Positions 21,853-31,860 of a stretch of DNA of 64,000 nt are shown here, piece after piece. Position numbers and translations under genes: made by a program. The stretch spans positions 119,920 to 183,919 of IMG/VR virus record IMGVR_UViG_3300014203_000012. One strand, 5' to 3'. Position 1 is the first letter of the stretch. Every line of letters starts with the position of its first letter. Source of the stretch: a virus. Lineage: Duplodnaviria > Caudoviricetes. The notes below the pieces were generated by a model, which saw only the letters and a program-made list of their open reading frames with translations, had not been told where the DNA came from and did not search any database.

Positions 21853-24800
21853 ATGTCTGTATACTTAGACGATATAAAACCTCTAAGGCTAACAAAGACA
21901 GAGTTTTTTCTTCCTATTAACGAAGAGGATAAGAAAAAGAACAGTGCAATATTCTTACTAACTCCTAATCTAGAAAGTTCTATAAATATGATGAAGCACC
22001 CATTGGCGCTCAACCGAAGGTTGTTCGAATCATATTATATAGAGAAGGACATCGCTTTTATTCTTAACGAGTCAAGGCAATTAGTAGTTGGTGAGGATAT
22101 AATACCAGTGGAATACAACCCACTAAATCCTATGAATTCTATAAAGATGCATCATAAAAAATATCATAAGTCAATTGTAAAACCAGTTGAGATGATAAAG
22201 GAAGGACTAGTCCCTAAACTTACATTTTATCACGGGACATCACTAAAATTAAATTCGTTACATCCAACCTCTCCAATGCTTGGTAATAAATTAGAAGATG
22301 CTAAATGGGCTACTTATCTATGGAGAGATAAAACAAAAGCTAGATATTTCGCTATTCAAAAAACTTGTAGAAATATATTAAGAAAAGAAGACAAAGATAA
22401 AAACTATATGAAACCTGCATATGATATAGCATCTGGTAAATCATTTTTATTAGAAAAGGATTGGGATTGTGTAAAAGATATGGTGGTTGGAAATGTAGCA
22501 TATGTATACACAACAGAAGTCCCAGCAAATAAGATAGGGTTTGGGCATTGTAGTTCTATTGCAGAGTTTACAACTGATATTGAATTGCCATTATTAAAAA
22601 CTGAACGTATATATATAACAAGTGCTATATTTGATGAGGCTTTCATTAAAGTAGGAGAATCAGAATTAAAGGATAGAACTGCTAATGTACTAAATACAGC
22701 TTCTCGTGGTATATTAAAATATATAATGCACGATCAAGATGAAATATTTAAGAAAGAAATGATTATTAAAAAGAAATTAAAAAATAAAGAAATATCACCT
22801 GGAGATAATCTAAATATAATCTTAGATAATCTAGAAGAGCAGGCTATACTTTCAGAAGCTGTAGAGCAGATAGTAGTAGAAGATTATGATAGACCACGAG
22901 GAGAATATTCTATTAATGAAGACTTTGTTCATACTAACTATGAGCATGAAGAATATAAGATTTTCTTTGGCGACGCAGTTCAATCTATATTAGAAGACGA
23001 AAACCCTAAATCTAAATTGTACTCTTCCGCTATGCGTAAACTTCTCTATTCTGAGAGGATTAAGAACCAAAAAGAGTGTGTTCTTATCCATGATAAAGTA
23101 AAAACAGATCTGACATTTATCAAGTATACCTATATCAACTATGCTCTTTATAAACAAAAGAATCTATTTATAGATTGGTCTTACTATACTCAAACCTTCT
23201 TTAAGAATAATATTTATAAGATGGATAGAGCGGTTGACCTATACTTTGAGTTTATCACTAGATTCTTGGATGATGCTAGATTAGATGATAACGGGTATGT
23301 AAAGAAAACAGTATTTGTTCCAGTACAGGATTGGATAAAAACTGATATTGTTGCGTGGGATTATACCAAAGACATCAACCCTATTTCAGTTATCTATAGA
23401 CTACTCAAACGTAAATCTACTCTATTAAAAGAAAAATGGGGTGGATATAATTTTGTATTCCTATCAAACAACGCATACTTCAAACTAGACTTCAATGATT
23501 TTGATGATAAAGGACTTCCTTTATTCACCATGCTAGTAAGCAAGCTTAGTACTGGTCAAACACAAGATGCTGAGTTTGAAAAGAACGATTCCCCAAAAGC
23601 TATTCTCCATAAGATAATAGATAATATTGAAGATGGTGGAATAGAAATAAGCAATCTTACTGGTGGTACCTCTAAACTTTCTCCTGAAGATATCAAAAAG
23701 AAACTCGATATGGGAGGATCAGATAATATCGCCGATGATAAGCGCCCTAAAGAAGAAGTAGAAGATGAGAAGAAAGCTAAATTAGTTACTCATATAAAGG
23801 ATACCGCAGAAAAGTCTACAGATGAAAAGAATGCTATGGAAAATCTAAATTCTGATATAGATAGCGAATGGGTTAAAAATCTCATAACTGACCTACAATC
23901 TGAAGATGGACCAAATATGAACATAGCTAGAAAAGCTAGAATAAGTAGTCTTAGATCTGACTTTGCTAATAAAAAATTAAATAATACAAAGATTGAAGAT
24001 ATCATCTATCAAAATAAAAGGATGACTGAATTGGAAACTGATGTGATTCCGATTAAGAATATAAATGAAGAATGGAATGATGTTAAGTTTACTACGTTTA
24101 GTAAGAACTACAATCTAGATTCAGATATATATGCTATACTGGCCGATATGGGAACTAAATCAGATCCTATTATGGTTATAGATGTGGATCGTGTTGACAC
24201 TTCTACTTCAGAAGATTATGTAGAAACTTGGTCTGTAAAATTTGAAGATGCAAACGGTAAAAGATTTACCACAAAACTAGATATTCCTAAGTTTGTAAAT
24301 AATAGATTTATGAAGCTTAGAGGCAATCTAAAAGTAGTTAGTGGTCAATTGGTACTACTCCCTATTATCAAGACAGATGAGGATACTGCTCAAATAGTAT
24401 CGTCATATAATAAAATCTTTGTAAGACGGGTAAATCCTAGTGGTGGTTCTAAAACTACACGAAGCGTAAGTAAGTTAATTAAAGCTCTATCTAAATATGA
24501 AGGAACTAAAATCAAAGTATTTGAAGGGGATAATAGTTTCGTATGTGAAAAATATGATCTACCTATTGAATACAGAGATTTAGCCGGAATGTATAGCAAG
24601 ATAGTATTATCAGATGGAAGTTATTATTGCTTTAATATGGATGATATAAAAACACTACCATTGGAATATCCAAAAGAAGATAGTAGTAGAATTCCGTTCT
24701 ATGTAAATGCAAAGGGTAAAGTGGAAACATGCGCAGATGATCCAGCTAATATAATCCTGGATAGATTGTGTTTTGATGATATAGAATTTGCAAAGATCGT

Positions 24801-27003
24801 AGAAGGTATAAAGCCAGATAAAAGATTAAGTTATACGACTGCTAGTATTCTTAACACTGATATTCCTATTATAGTTGTTATGGCATATAGTGAAGGCTTA
24901 CAAACTGCTATGAAAAAAGGTAATGTAACATTCCAATTTACCGATAAACGACCAGACTCGAATACGCCATCTATTAAATTCTCAGATGGGTATATAACCT
25001 ACGATACCAGTATAAGTAGTTCTCTTTTAATGGCTGGTCTTTTGCAATGTGACACGGCTAGTTATTCTATTAAGGATATCAATAAAAAAGAAATGTGGCT
25101 TGATTTCTTAGATAACTTTGGTGGAAGAATAAAAGCAGATGGGATGGATAACTTCTATGATTTGATGATGGACCCAATGACTAAAGAAATATGCGAGTTA
25201 TATAATCTACCATCAGACTATGTAGAAGCTTTAGGCTATGCTAGTGATCTATTAGTAGATACAAAATTCAATAGGCATGTAGATATAACTGGTAATAGAA
25301 TAAGAACCAATGAAATAGTTGCTGGGTATGTATATAAAGCATTATCTAAAAGCTATGGCGAATACAAAAATCAGTTAAAGAGAAATAAGAAAGATGCTTC
25401 TCTTACTATAAAACAATCTGCGGTTATAGATGCTATTTTAACAGATCCTACGTCAACAGATTTATCTATTTTAAATGCACTGCTTGAAGTGGAATCTGCT
25501 AATGCTATGTCGTTTAAAGGCTTATCTGGTATGAACTCAGATAGAAGTTATAGTTTGGATAAAAGAACGTATGATGAATCTATGCTTGGAGTGTTAGCTT
25601 CTTCAACAGGATTTGCTGCAAATGTTGGTATTACTAGACAGGCTTCTATAAATAGTAATGTAAAAGGAAATAGGGGATTGATATCTACCCCTAAAACTAA
25701 AGATGCAAATACATTAAATATGTTGTGCGCTACAGAGGCTTTAACTCCTTTTGGATCTACACATGACGATCCTATTAGAACAGCAATGGCTTTTGTTCAA
25801 ACTTCTAAGCATCAAATGCGGGTAAAGAAATCTTCCCCTAATCTTGTAACTATGGGAATGGATGAGGCTTTACCGTATATTACTTCAGATACTTTCTCTC
25901 ATAAATTCAAAGGTAAAAAGGGTAAGGTAATAGAAGTTACTGATGACTATCTTATATTTGAAGAAACCGGAGATGCTGTTAGGAGTGATGGAGTTACATC
26001 TAGAGGATATGTAGATCTGAGAGAAACTGTTATGAAGAACTCAGATGGTGGATTTTATGTAACAGTTAAGCTTGATCCTTGTGTTAAGAAGGGCGATACA
26101 TTGAAATATAACGATATCCTTGCATATGATAAAACTTCATACTCTAAAGCTATTGGTACAGATAAGACTGAGAAGATAATATCTTATAATATTGGCACTT
26201 TGGCTAAACTTGGAATCCTCACAACTGATGAGGCTTATGAAGATAGTGCTATTATTGTAGATTCCTTAGCTGATTCGTTGACTACGACTTATTGTGTTAA
26301 AAAAGAAAGAGCTTTATCTAAAGATACAAATGTATATAATGTAGCTAAGAAGGGCGATACTATAGAAGAGGGAGATCCTCTAATCATATTCCAAAATGCG
26401 TTTGAAGAGAAAGATGCTAATGCTTTACTCAAATCTATAACAGATGATGATGTGGAAGCTATATCTGACTTAGGACGTATACATGTGAGATCTAAATTAA
26501 CTGGCTGGGTTCAGGATGTTAAAATCTATCGTACTTGTGAACTAGACGAGTTATCCCCATCATTAAAGAAACTAGTTAGTTTTTATGAAAAACAAATTCA
26601 AACTAATAAGAAGCTATTTAAAGATAATAAGATTGAAGGTGCTAACTATTTACTAGAACCGGATTATAAGTTACCTTCCACTGGTAAGCTTAAAGGTGTA
26701 GATACTGGAGTTCTAATCGAATTCTATATCAAGTGTGAAGATAAAATGGGTATTGGTGATAAACTTGTATATAGCTCAGCAATCAAGGGTGTAGTAAAAG
26801 ATATTATACCTATAGGTGAAGAACCATATACAGATTTTCATAAAGATGAACAAGTAGATGCGTTATTAACTACATTATCTATCAATGCTCGTATGGTTGG
26901 ATCTATAATCTTGAATGGATCTTTAAATAAAGTTCTTGTAGAGTTGGATAGACAATGTAAAGAAAAACTAGGGATTCCGTGGAAAAATTTAAAAGATATG
27001 TAA
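21853..27003 (+). CDS. rpoB: Phage RNA polymerase beta-like subunit (probably virion RNAP) with long N-terminal extension including an ART-like domain
   Basis: IPKF..RFMKLRGNLKVVSGQL (beta N-terminal region), EALTPFGSTHDDPIRTAMAFVQ, AYEDSAII, GDKL..AIKGVV, DALL..LSINARM; ends before beta region I. Confidence 0.9.
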   Translation: MSVYLDDIKPLRLTKTEFFLPINEEDKKKNSAIFLLTPNLESSINMMKHPLALNRRLFESYYIEKDIAFILNESRQLVVGEDIIPVEYNPLNPMNSIKMHHKKYHKSIVKPVEMIKEGLVPKLTFYHGTSLKLNSLHPTSPMLGNKLEDAKWATYLWRDKTKARYFAIQKTCRNILRKEDKDKNYMKPAYDIASGKSFLLEKDWDCVKDMVVGNVAYVYTTEVPANKIGFGHCSSIAEFTTDIELPLLKTERIYITSAIFDEAFIKVGESELKDRTANVLNTASRGILKYIMHDQDEIFKKEMIIKKKLKNKEISPGDNLNIILDNLEEQAILSEAVEQIVVEDYDRPRGEYSINEDFVHTNYEHEEYKIFFGDAVQSILEDENPKSKLYSSAMRKLLYSERIKNQKECVLIHDKVKTDLTFIKYTYINYALYKQKNLFIDWSYYTQTFFKNNIYKMDRAVDLYFEFITRFLDDARLDDNGYVKKTVFVPVQDWIKTDIVAWDYTKDINPISVIYRLLKRKSTLLKEKWGGYNFVFLSNNAYFKLDFNDFDDKGLPLFTMLVSKLSTGQTQDAEFEKNDSPKAILHKIIDNIEDGGIEISNLTGGTSKLSPEDIKKKLDMGGSDNIADDKRPKEEVEDEKKAKLVTHIKDTAEKSTDEKNAMENLNSDIDSEWVKNLITDLQSEDGPNMNIARKARISSLRSDFANKKLNNTKIEDIIYQNKRMTELETDVIPIKNINEEWNDVKFTTFSKNYNLDSDIYAILADMGTKSDPIMVIDVDRVDTSTSEDYVETWSVKFEDANGKRFTTKLDIPKFVNNRFMKLRGNLKVVSGQLVLLPIIKTDEDTAQIVSSYNKIFVRRVNPSGGSKTTRSVSKLIKALSKYEGTKIKVFEGDNSFVCEKYDLPIEYRDLAGMYSKIVLSDGSYYCFNMDDIKTLPLEYPKEDSSRIPFYVNAKGKVETCADDPANIILDRLCFDDIEFAKIVEGIKPDKRLSYTTASILNTDIPIIVVMAYSEGLQTAMKKGNVTFQFTDKRPDSNTPSIKFSDGYITYDTSISSSLLMAGLLQCDTASYSIKDINKKEMWLDFLDNFGGRIKADGMDNFYDLMMDPMTKEICELYNLPSDYVEALGYASDLLVDTKFNRHVDITGNRIRTNEIVAGYVYKALSKSYGEYKNQLKRNKKDASLTIKQSAVIDAILTDPTSTDLSILNALLEVESANAMSFKGLSGMNSDRSYSLDKRTYDESMLGVLASSTGFAANVGITRQASINSNVKGNRGLISTPKTKDANTLNMLCATEALTPFGSTHDDPIRTAMAFVQTSKHQMRVKKSSPNLVTMGMDEALPYITSDTFSHKFKGKKGKVIEVTDDYLIFEETGDAVRSDGVTSRGYVDLRETVMKNSDGGFYVTVKLDPCVKKGDTLKYNDILAYDKTSYSKAIGTDKTEKIISYNIGTLAKLGILTTDEAYEDSAIIVDSLADSLTTTYCVKKERALSKDTNVYNVAKKGDTIEEGDPLIIFQNAFEEKDANALLKSITDDDVEAISDLGRIHVRSKLTGWVQDVKIYRTCELDELSPSLKKLVSFYEKQIQTNKKLFKDNKIEGANYLLEPDYKLPSTGKLKGVDTGVLIEFYIKCEDKMGIGDKLVYSSAIKGVVKDIIPIGEEPYTDFHKDEQVDALLTTLSINARMVGSIILNGSLNKVLVELDRQCKEKLGIPWKNLKDM

Positions 27004-27030
27004 AAAATAAATTAGAGGTATAGCATTATG

Positions 27031-27756
27031 CTATACCTCTACTACTGGTTTTATAAATATAATTAAACTTGGTATATCGTCATCTTCATAATTGGCGGTG
27101 GATAAAACTAATGTAAATGGGTATAATATATTAAATATTTCAATAAACGTTCCAGTATCACTATTTAATATATTATGACGTTTAATAATAAATTCTGTAT
27201 CAGTGATATCATTGATAAAAAGTACAGTTTCGAATCTAGTAAAATCTTTCTCTATAAAATCTAAATTAAAACTTAGTTCTAATAGAGTTGTATAAAACTT
27301 AGCTAATGATATTTTCACATATGGAGTTTTAATTAACGTTTTAGCTTTTTCCATTATAGCTTCTATATAAGATATATCAAAATCTCCATTTATTTCATCT
27401 GAGATAGCGTCATAATTTTGTAATATATATGACGTGCTAAAAAGATTTGCTTGAGCTTCTATATCATCATTATAACTAACTTCTTTCAATTTATAATCTA
27501 TCACTTGATCTATGTGTGCTAACTCATGGGCAATTACTAATATAATTGATACTTCTACACCTCCTCTATATTGTTGCATTATATCAGATATACATATTTC
27601 TACTATGCCATTATGTGTATTACCGGCAAAATTAATCATTTTATCACTTTGGAGTATTCGTAAAGAAGTTGTCTTTACGACACTATTGATTTTACCATTT
27701 AAATAATTAAATATTTTGTGTGCAAAATCTTCATAATACTTCATATCTTTTTCCAT
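27031..27756 (-). CDS. HExxH zinc metallopeptidase-like protein (IrrE/ImmA-like)
   Basis: VIAHELAHID...IEAQAN motif; likely start ATG 27756; early motif at 27779-27798. Confidence 0.65.
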   Translation of the reverse strand: MEKDMKYYEDFAHKIFNYLNGKINSVVKTTSLRILQSDKMINFAGNTHNGIVEICISDIMQQYRGGVEVSIILVIAHELAHIDQVIDYKLKEVSYNDDIEAQANLFSTSYILQNYDAISDEINGDFDISYIEAIMEKAKTLIKTPYVKISLAKFYTTLLELSFNLDFIEKDFTRFETVLFINDITDTEFIIKRHNILNSDTGTFIEIFNILYPFTLVLSTANYEDDDIPSLIIFIKPVVEV

Positions 27757-27841
27757 AATATAACCACCTTTATTTTTACTCATCTATATAATATATAATC
27801 AAAAAATAAATAGGTATATCATTATGATATACCTCTTTATT

Positions 27842-28288
27842 TTATTTAATATCTTTTAAATTAGGAACAATATTACCACTACAATCCGGTTTTGGTATAG
27901 ATATAGATATATTCTTTATGCCCTTTTTTAATTCTGAGAAAGGTATAGGCGTCATATCTATACCTTCAAATATATTTGGAATTTGTTTATCCAATTTTAA
28001 TATATTATCAAACACTTCAAGATCTTGTTCAGTAACTAGTTCTTCTATACTTAAACAATCACCATCATAATCTCCAGCTAGTTGGGGAAGCGGTTTGAAT
28101 ACTCTCCTATATTTATTTCTTAGATATTTTAATAGTCTTTTTCTTACCTTTTTATTCTTAGAAATATCAACCTTAGCATAGCTATCTAATAAGATATACA
28201 TATTATTTAAAGTAACATATTTATCCCCGTAAGCTTCCATAACAGTTAATTGAGTTTTAACCAATTTCAATATAATCATCTCCCTCAA
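27842..28288 (-). CDS. Hypothetical protein containing an RNAP catalytic-loop-like GDYDGD motif
   Basis: LPQLAGDYDGDCLSI versus LTPFAADFDGDCLNI in the spliced beta' gene. Confidence 0.65.
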   Translation of the reverse strand: MREMIILKLVKTQLTVMEAYGDKYVTLNNMYILLDSYAKVDISKNKKVRKRLLKYLRNKYRRVFKPLPQLAGDYDGDCLSIEELVTEQDLEVFDNILKLDKQIPNIFEGIDMTPIPFSELKKGIKNISISIPKPDCSGNIVPNLKDIK

Positions 28289-28325
28289 ATTTAAGAGGTG
28301 TAGTATAATACTACACCTCTTATAC

Positions 28326-28517
28326 TTATTCCCATATTAATAAAACAGATATTAATGTAACGTACCCAACTAGTGTACCGAATGAGACTTTGGATATCGC
28401 GATCGTATCCTCTCTAGTCCAATTCTTTATTAAGTATCTAACCCCTAAAACCAAGGTTGTCCATATTATAGTTACGAAGTCCCTTATATCATAAAACATT
28501 GCTTCTACCAGGATCAT
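28326..28517 (-). CDS. Small membrane protein
   Basis: 63 aa, two hydrophobic segments, RBS AGGAG, early motif 28553-28572. Confidence 0.6.
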   Translation of the reverse strand: MILVEAMFYDIRDFVTIIWTTLVLGVRYLIKNWTREDTIAISKVSFGTLVGYVTLISVLLIWE

Positions 28518-28552
28518 AGTAATCCACTCCTATATTAATATTTTAGTTATAT

Positions 28553-28618
28553 TCACTTCTATAATATATAATCAAATAGTTATACTATTGCATTTTGATT
28601 ATATATTATATAGATGAG
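28553..28618. promoter_or_regulatory. Back-to-back early-type promoters
   Basis: TATATATTATAGAAGTGA on minus strand (28553-28572) and TATATATTATATAGATGAG on plus strand (28599-28618). Confidence 0.7.
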
Positions 28619-28660
28619 CAATAAACAATTGCATCTTATATTGAAGGTGGTAATTATATA

Positions 28661-29227
28661 ATGGAAAAAATCACAATAACTAAGAAAAATATTAATATTG
28701 TTGCATCAAAACTAAATTCGTTTTTCACTAAGGCAGATAAGGCTATACTGACGAATGGTACTTCTTGTTTAATAGACGATGGAGTTAAATTTATTATAAC
28801 AAAAAAGACATTAACTGATGAAATTATATGCCCAAATGATATAGAGTTGAGGGAGAATGATAAATTTATAGGTATACCATTTTGTGTAATTGGTGGTGGT
28901 AAATTAAAAATTGAGTTACGTTTTGATACAATACTATATATTGATGATATGGAGTTAATATCTTATAATCAACTAACTGAAGCTATTAAGATAACATTGA
29001 GCGTAGAAAGACTTTATATTCCTGAGATAAAAAAGGATGATTCGGAATTGATTGCTGGTCTTAAGCAGGCTATAATTAATAAGGGTATTACGTTGGATGA
29101 GTATCGAGAATTATTTGAAAATGTACCTGGTTGTGAAACTATACTAGATCAATTGGATTTGACTATATCTGATTTGTTAAATATTTGTAAAAAATTAAGA
29201 TTAAGAATTTCTATAGGTAAAAGATAA
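28661..29227 (+). CDS. Hypothetical protein, possible C-terminal HTH
   Basis: 188 aa; C-terminus LKQAIINKGITLDEY...LTISDLLNICKKL resembles XRE-type HTH. Confidence 0.55.
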   Translation: MEKITITKKNINIVASKLNSFFTKADKAILTNGTSCLIDDGVKFIITKKTLTDEIICPNDIELRENDKFIGIPFCVIGGGKLKIELRFDTILYIDDMELISYNQLTEAIKITLSVERLYIPEIKKDDSELIAGLKQAIINKGITLDEYRELFENVPGCETILDQLDLTISDLLNICKKLRLRISIGKR

Positions 29228-29744
29228 AGTATGAAGGTAAGCATTGTGCTTACCTTTTTTATTTTTTATAATTAATACAGATATAATAAAGTAAATTTAT
29301 ATTCAGATAATCAATTAAGATTATCTGAATATATCTATTTGAATGCGATTAGACCGTTAGCCCCTAATATAATTATCTATAAATATAGTATCTTTTATAT
29401 ATTACTTCTATTCTTTCTTATTTTTCCTCCCTTCTCCTATATTATTGTTATTGATTTAATAAAAGATTACATTTTAATATATTTCTGAGATATTCCTATA
29501 TACTAAATATAAAAAAGGCCCCAGTGTATATTTTACACTGGGTCAGAGAGTATATAGTGGGATTACTAATATGTATATATCAGTATTATTTTACACTAAT
29601 ATATATGATTATAAAAGACAAACCAGAGCCCTAGTGTGTTATGTCACACTAGGGATGATATATATATAGTATTTCGGGATAGAAACGCTAAGCTTCCTTC
29701 ACCCCAAAGTAAGTGATACTTTTGTATCACCTTTATGTAACAAA

Positions 29745-29881
29745 ATATATCCCAAGTAATCAATGATTACTTGGGATATATTTAAAAATGTGTTGACTTG
29801 ATGCGTGCGAATTCATCTAGCAGTTTATTAGTAGGGCAAACTAATAATACTAAGAGGACTAGTTGCTTGCATAACTAGTTT
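29745..29881 (-). ncRNA. Candidate small structured RNA
   Basis: AACA-N6-TA promoter at 29881-29892, three hairpins, then strong terminator palindrome 29745-29781; no RBS-led ORF. Confidence 0.4.
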
Positions 29882-29911
29882 ATCTTTATGTTCATCTAGT
29901 TTATTTTTTAA

Positions 29912-30619
29912 TTATTCGATTGAAAACTCCATAGCTTTTCTGATGATCTTATCACCAGAATCGAATAATATTACATAATTTAAATTTTTTGTGTCTTTAA
30001 ACTCAACTGCCCATAATGGAACAGTAAACCCTTCCATTATGATTCTCTTAAGGTATCGTAAGAAATCATCTTGCTCATCATTTGGTACTAACGTACCATT
30101 ACACTCTATCTCAGAAATCTTTCCTTCAACTTCATAATCTTCGATGATTTTATTTACGATATCTAATTCATTGCTTACTTCAACTCCTACTTCTTCTGTC
30201 TTAGTTTGCTTAATAGCTTCAACCATGCTATCTTCTATAGTATCTGCATTATCATCGCAATATATAGCTTGATAGAAATCCATTGCATTTACTTTAATTT
30301 CATTGATATTTGTTTTAGCTTTAAGATCTATTGTTGGTGTATTAAAAGCCTCTTCGATCGCAGACTTTTCCAATTCCATAATATCTTCTAAAGTATCCTC
30401 ATCTGTAACCTCTTTCATCTCACCATTCGATAATATAACTTGTACTTTACCACGAACTAAATACGTTGCAATCATAAGCTTATCTAAACAAGTCTGATAC
30501 GTTGCAACATTCTTTCCTTTACTGATACTATTGAGTGTAGAGATGAGATCAATGTTTACCTGAATACCTAACATTTCTGAATAGTTATTTGGTTGTGGTG
30601 TTAAAAATACAAATACCAT
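29912..30619 (-). CDS. Acidic hypothetical protein
   Basis: 235-aa ORF coupled to upstream gene, GGAGG RBS. Confidence 0.7.
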   Translation of the reverse strand: MVFVFLTPQPNNYSEMLGIQVNIDLISTLNSISKGKNVATYQTCLDKLMIATYLVRGKVQVILSNGEMKEVTDEDTLEDIMELEKSAIEEAFNTPTIDLKAKTNINEIKVNAMDFYQAIYCDDNADTIEDSMVEAIKQTKTEEVGVEVSNELDIVNKIIEDYEVEGKISEIECNGTLVPNDEQDDFLRYLKRIIMEGFTVPLWAVEFKDTKNLNYVILFDSGDKIIRKAMEFSIE

Positions 30620-30620
30620 T

Positions 30621-31136
30621 TTATTCTTCCTCCTCTGGGTATAATTTTGTTAATACTTTAGATACCGCGTAATATGTAGACTTAGTCATAATTTGTTTAT
30701 AATATTCTTCATTATTTTCAAACCATTGAGCCGCATTAGTTTTAAATTTGTATCCCATTGCAATCCAATCTAGAATCATTTCAGCTATATATACTCGATC
30801 CATATTAAGTGGACGCATACCTTGTTTTTCTCGAAGAATCCAGAATTCCGGATGATGTTTATTAGTATTCATATGGTTTAACCATCCAAGATTCATCTCA
30901 TCTTCTGCTATCTCTAGATCTTCATCTTTAGCTGGGAAGAACTTTTTCCTATACCCGTCAAATTCTTCTAAAGAAAATTTAGATTTATCGTGGATACATA
31001 CTAACCTAAATAACTCACCCTCTAATGATGGAGTTCCTAGTATCTCCAGTATTCGTGCCCCATATTCATTATACGCTTTCATAACATTTTCAGTATGCTC
31101 CAAAATATATTTTACATATTGTTCGTCTTCTTTCAT
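30621..31136 (-). CDS. HD-superfamily-like protein (DUF5662-like)
   Basis: H...HDKSK...H...NKHHPEFW...EMILDW pattern. Confidence 0.7.
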   Translation of the reverse strand: MKEDEQYVKYILEHTENVMKAYNEYGARILEILGTPSLEGELFRLVCIHDKSKFSLEEFDGYRKKFFPAKDEDLEIAEDEMNLGWLNHMNTNKHHPEFWILREKQGMRPLNMDRVYIAEMILDWIAMGYKFKTNAAQWFENNEEYYKQIMTKSTYYAVSKVLTKLYPEEEE

Positions 31137-31229
31137 AATATAACCTCCTATATTAGATTATTATATTGTAAACGAGTATATTATTATACACATAATTAAA
31201 CAAATATAAAATAAGAGAGGTGTTTATAA

Positions 31230-31766
31230 ATGGGTGCAAACGATCATTCTTTAGTTTTACTAAACGATGGCACAGTAAAAGCATTTGGGGATAATATCGA
31301 AGGTCAATTAGGTTTAGGTAATACTACTTCACCAATTACTAGTCCTGCACTAATATCTAGTCTAAGTAATGTAAAACAAATAGGCTGTGGCGGTACTTAT
31401 TCTTTAGTTTTACTAAACGATGGTACTGTAAAAGCATTTGGCTATAATACTAGTGGTCAATTAGGTTTAGGTAACGTAACCACACCAATTACTAGTCCTA
31501 CGTTAATACCTAGCCTAATTAACGTAAAACTGATAGCATGTGGTGGGGAGTATTCATTAGCATTACTAAGCGATGGTACAGTAAAGGGATTCGGTCAAAA
31601 TACACATGCCCAATTAGGATTAGGTAATATCGTATCACCAAAGAGCACTCCTACACTAATACCTAATATAAATAACGCTGCATTCTTATGGGATAATACA
31701 TTATTTTCAATAACAAGATTTGTAATGTTCTTATCCGACGCCAAATCAATATATTCTAGTATATAA
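31230..31766 (+). CDS. RCC1/BLIP-II-type repeat protein, 3 repeats
   Basis: Three repeats of same consensus as 18553 and 61098 genes, same C-terminal tail; hairpin 31769-31797 downstream. Confidence 0.85.
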   Translation: MGANDHSLVLLNDGTVKAFGDNIEGQLGLGNTTSPITSPALISSLSNVKQIGCGGTYSLVLLNDGTVKAFGYNTSGQLGLGNVTTPITSPTLIPSLINVKLIACGGEYSLALLSDGTVKGFGQNTHAQLGLGNIVSPKSTPTLIPNINNAAFLWDNTLFSITRFVMFLSDAKSIYSSI

Positions 31767-31860
31767 ATACAAGGCTACAGTAATACTGTAGCCTTGTCTC
31801 GTGTATAAATATATTAGATATACGACTATATAGTAATCTAAAGGGGGGGGGGTATATATT

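Noticed and set aside
29262-29900. tRNA or tmRNA genes in the long intergenic region
   Set aside because: No T-loop GTTCRA with cloverleaf arms or CCA acceptor stem seen
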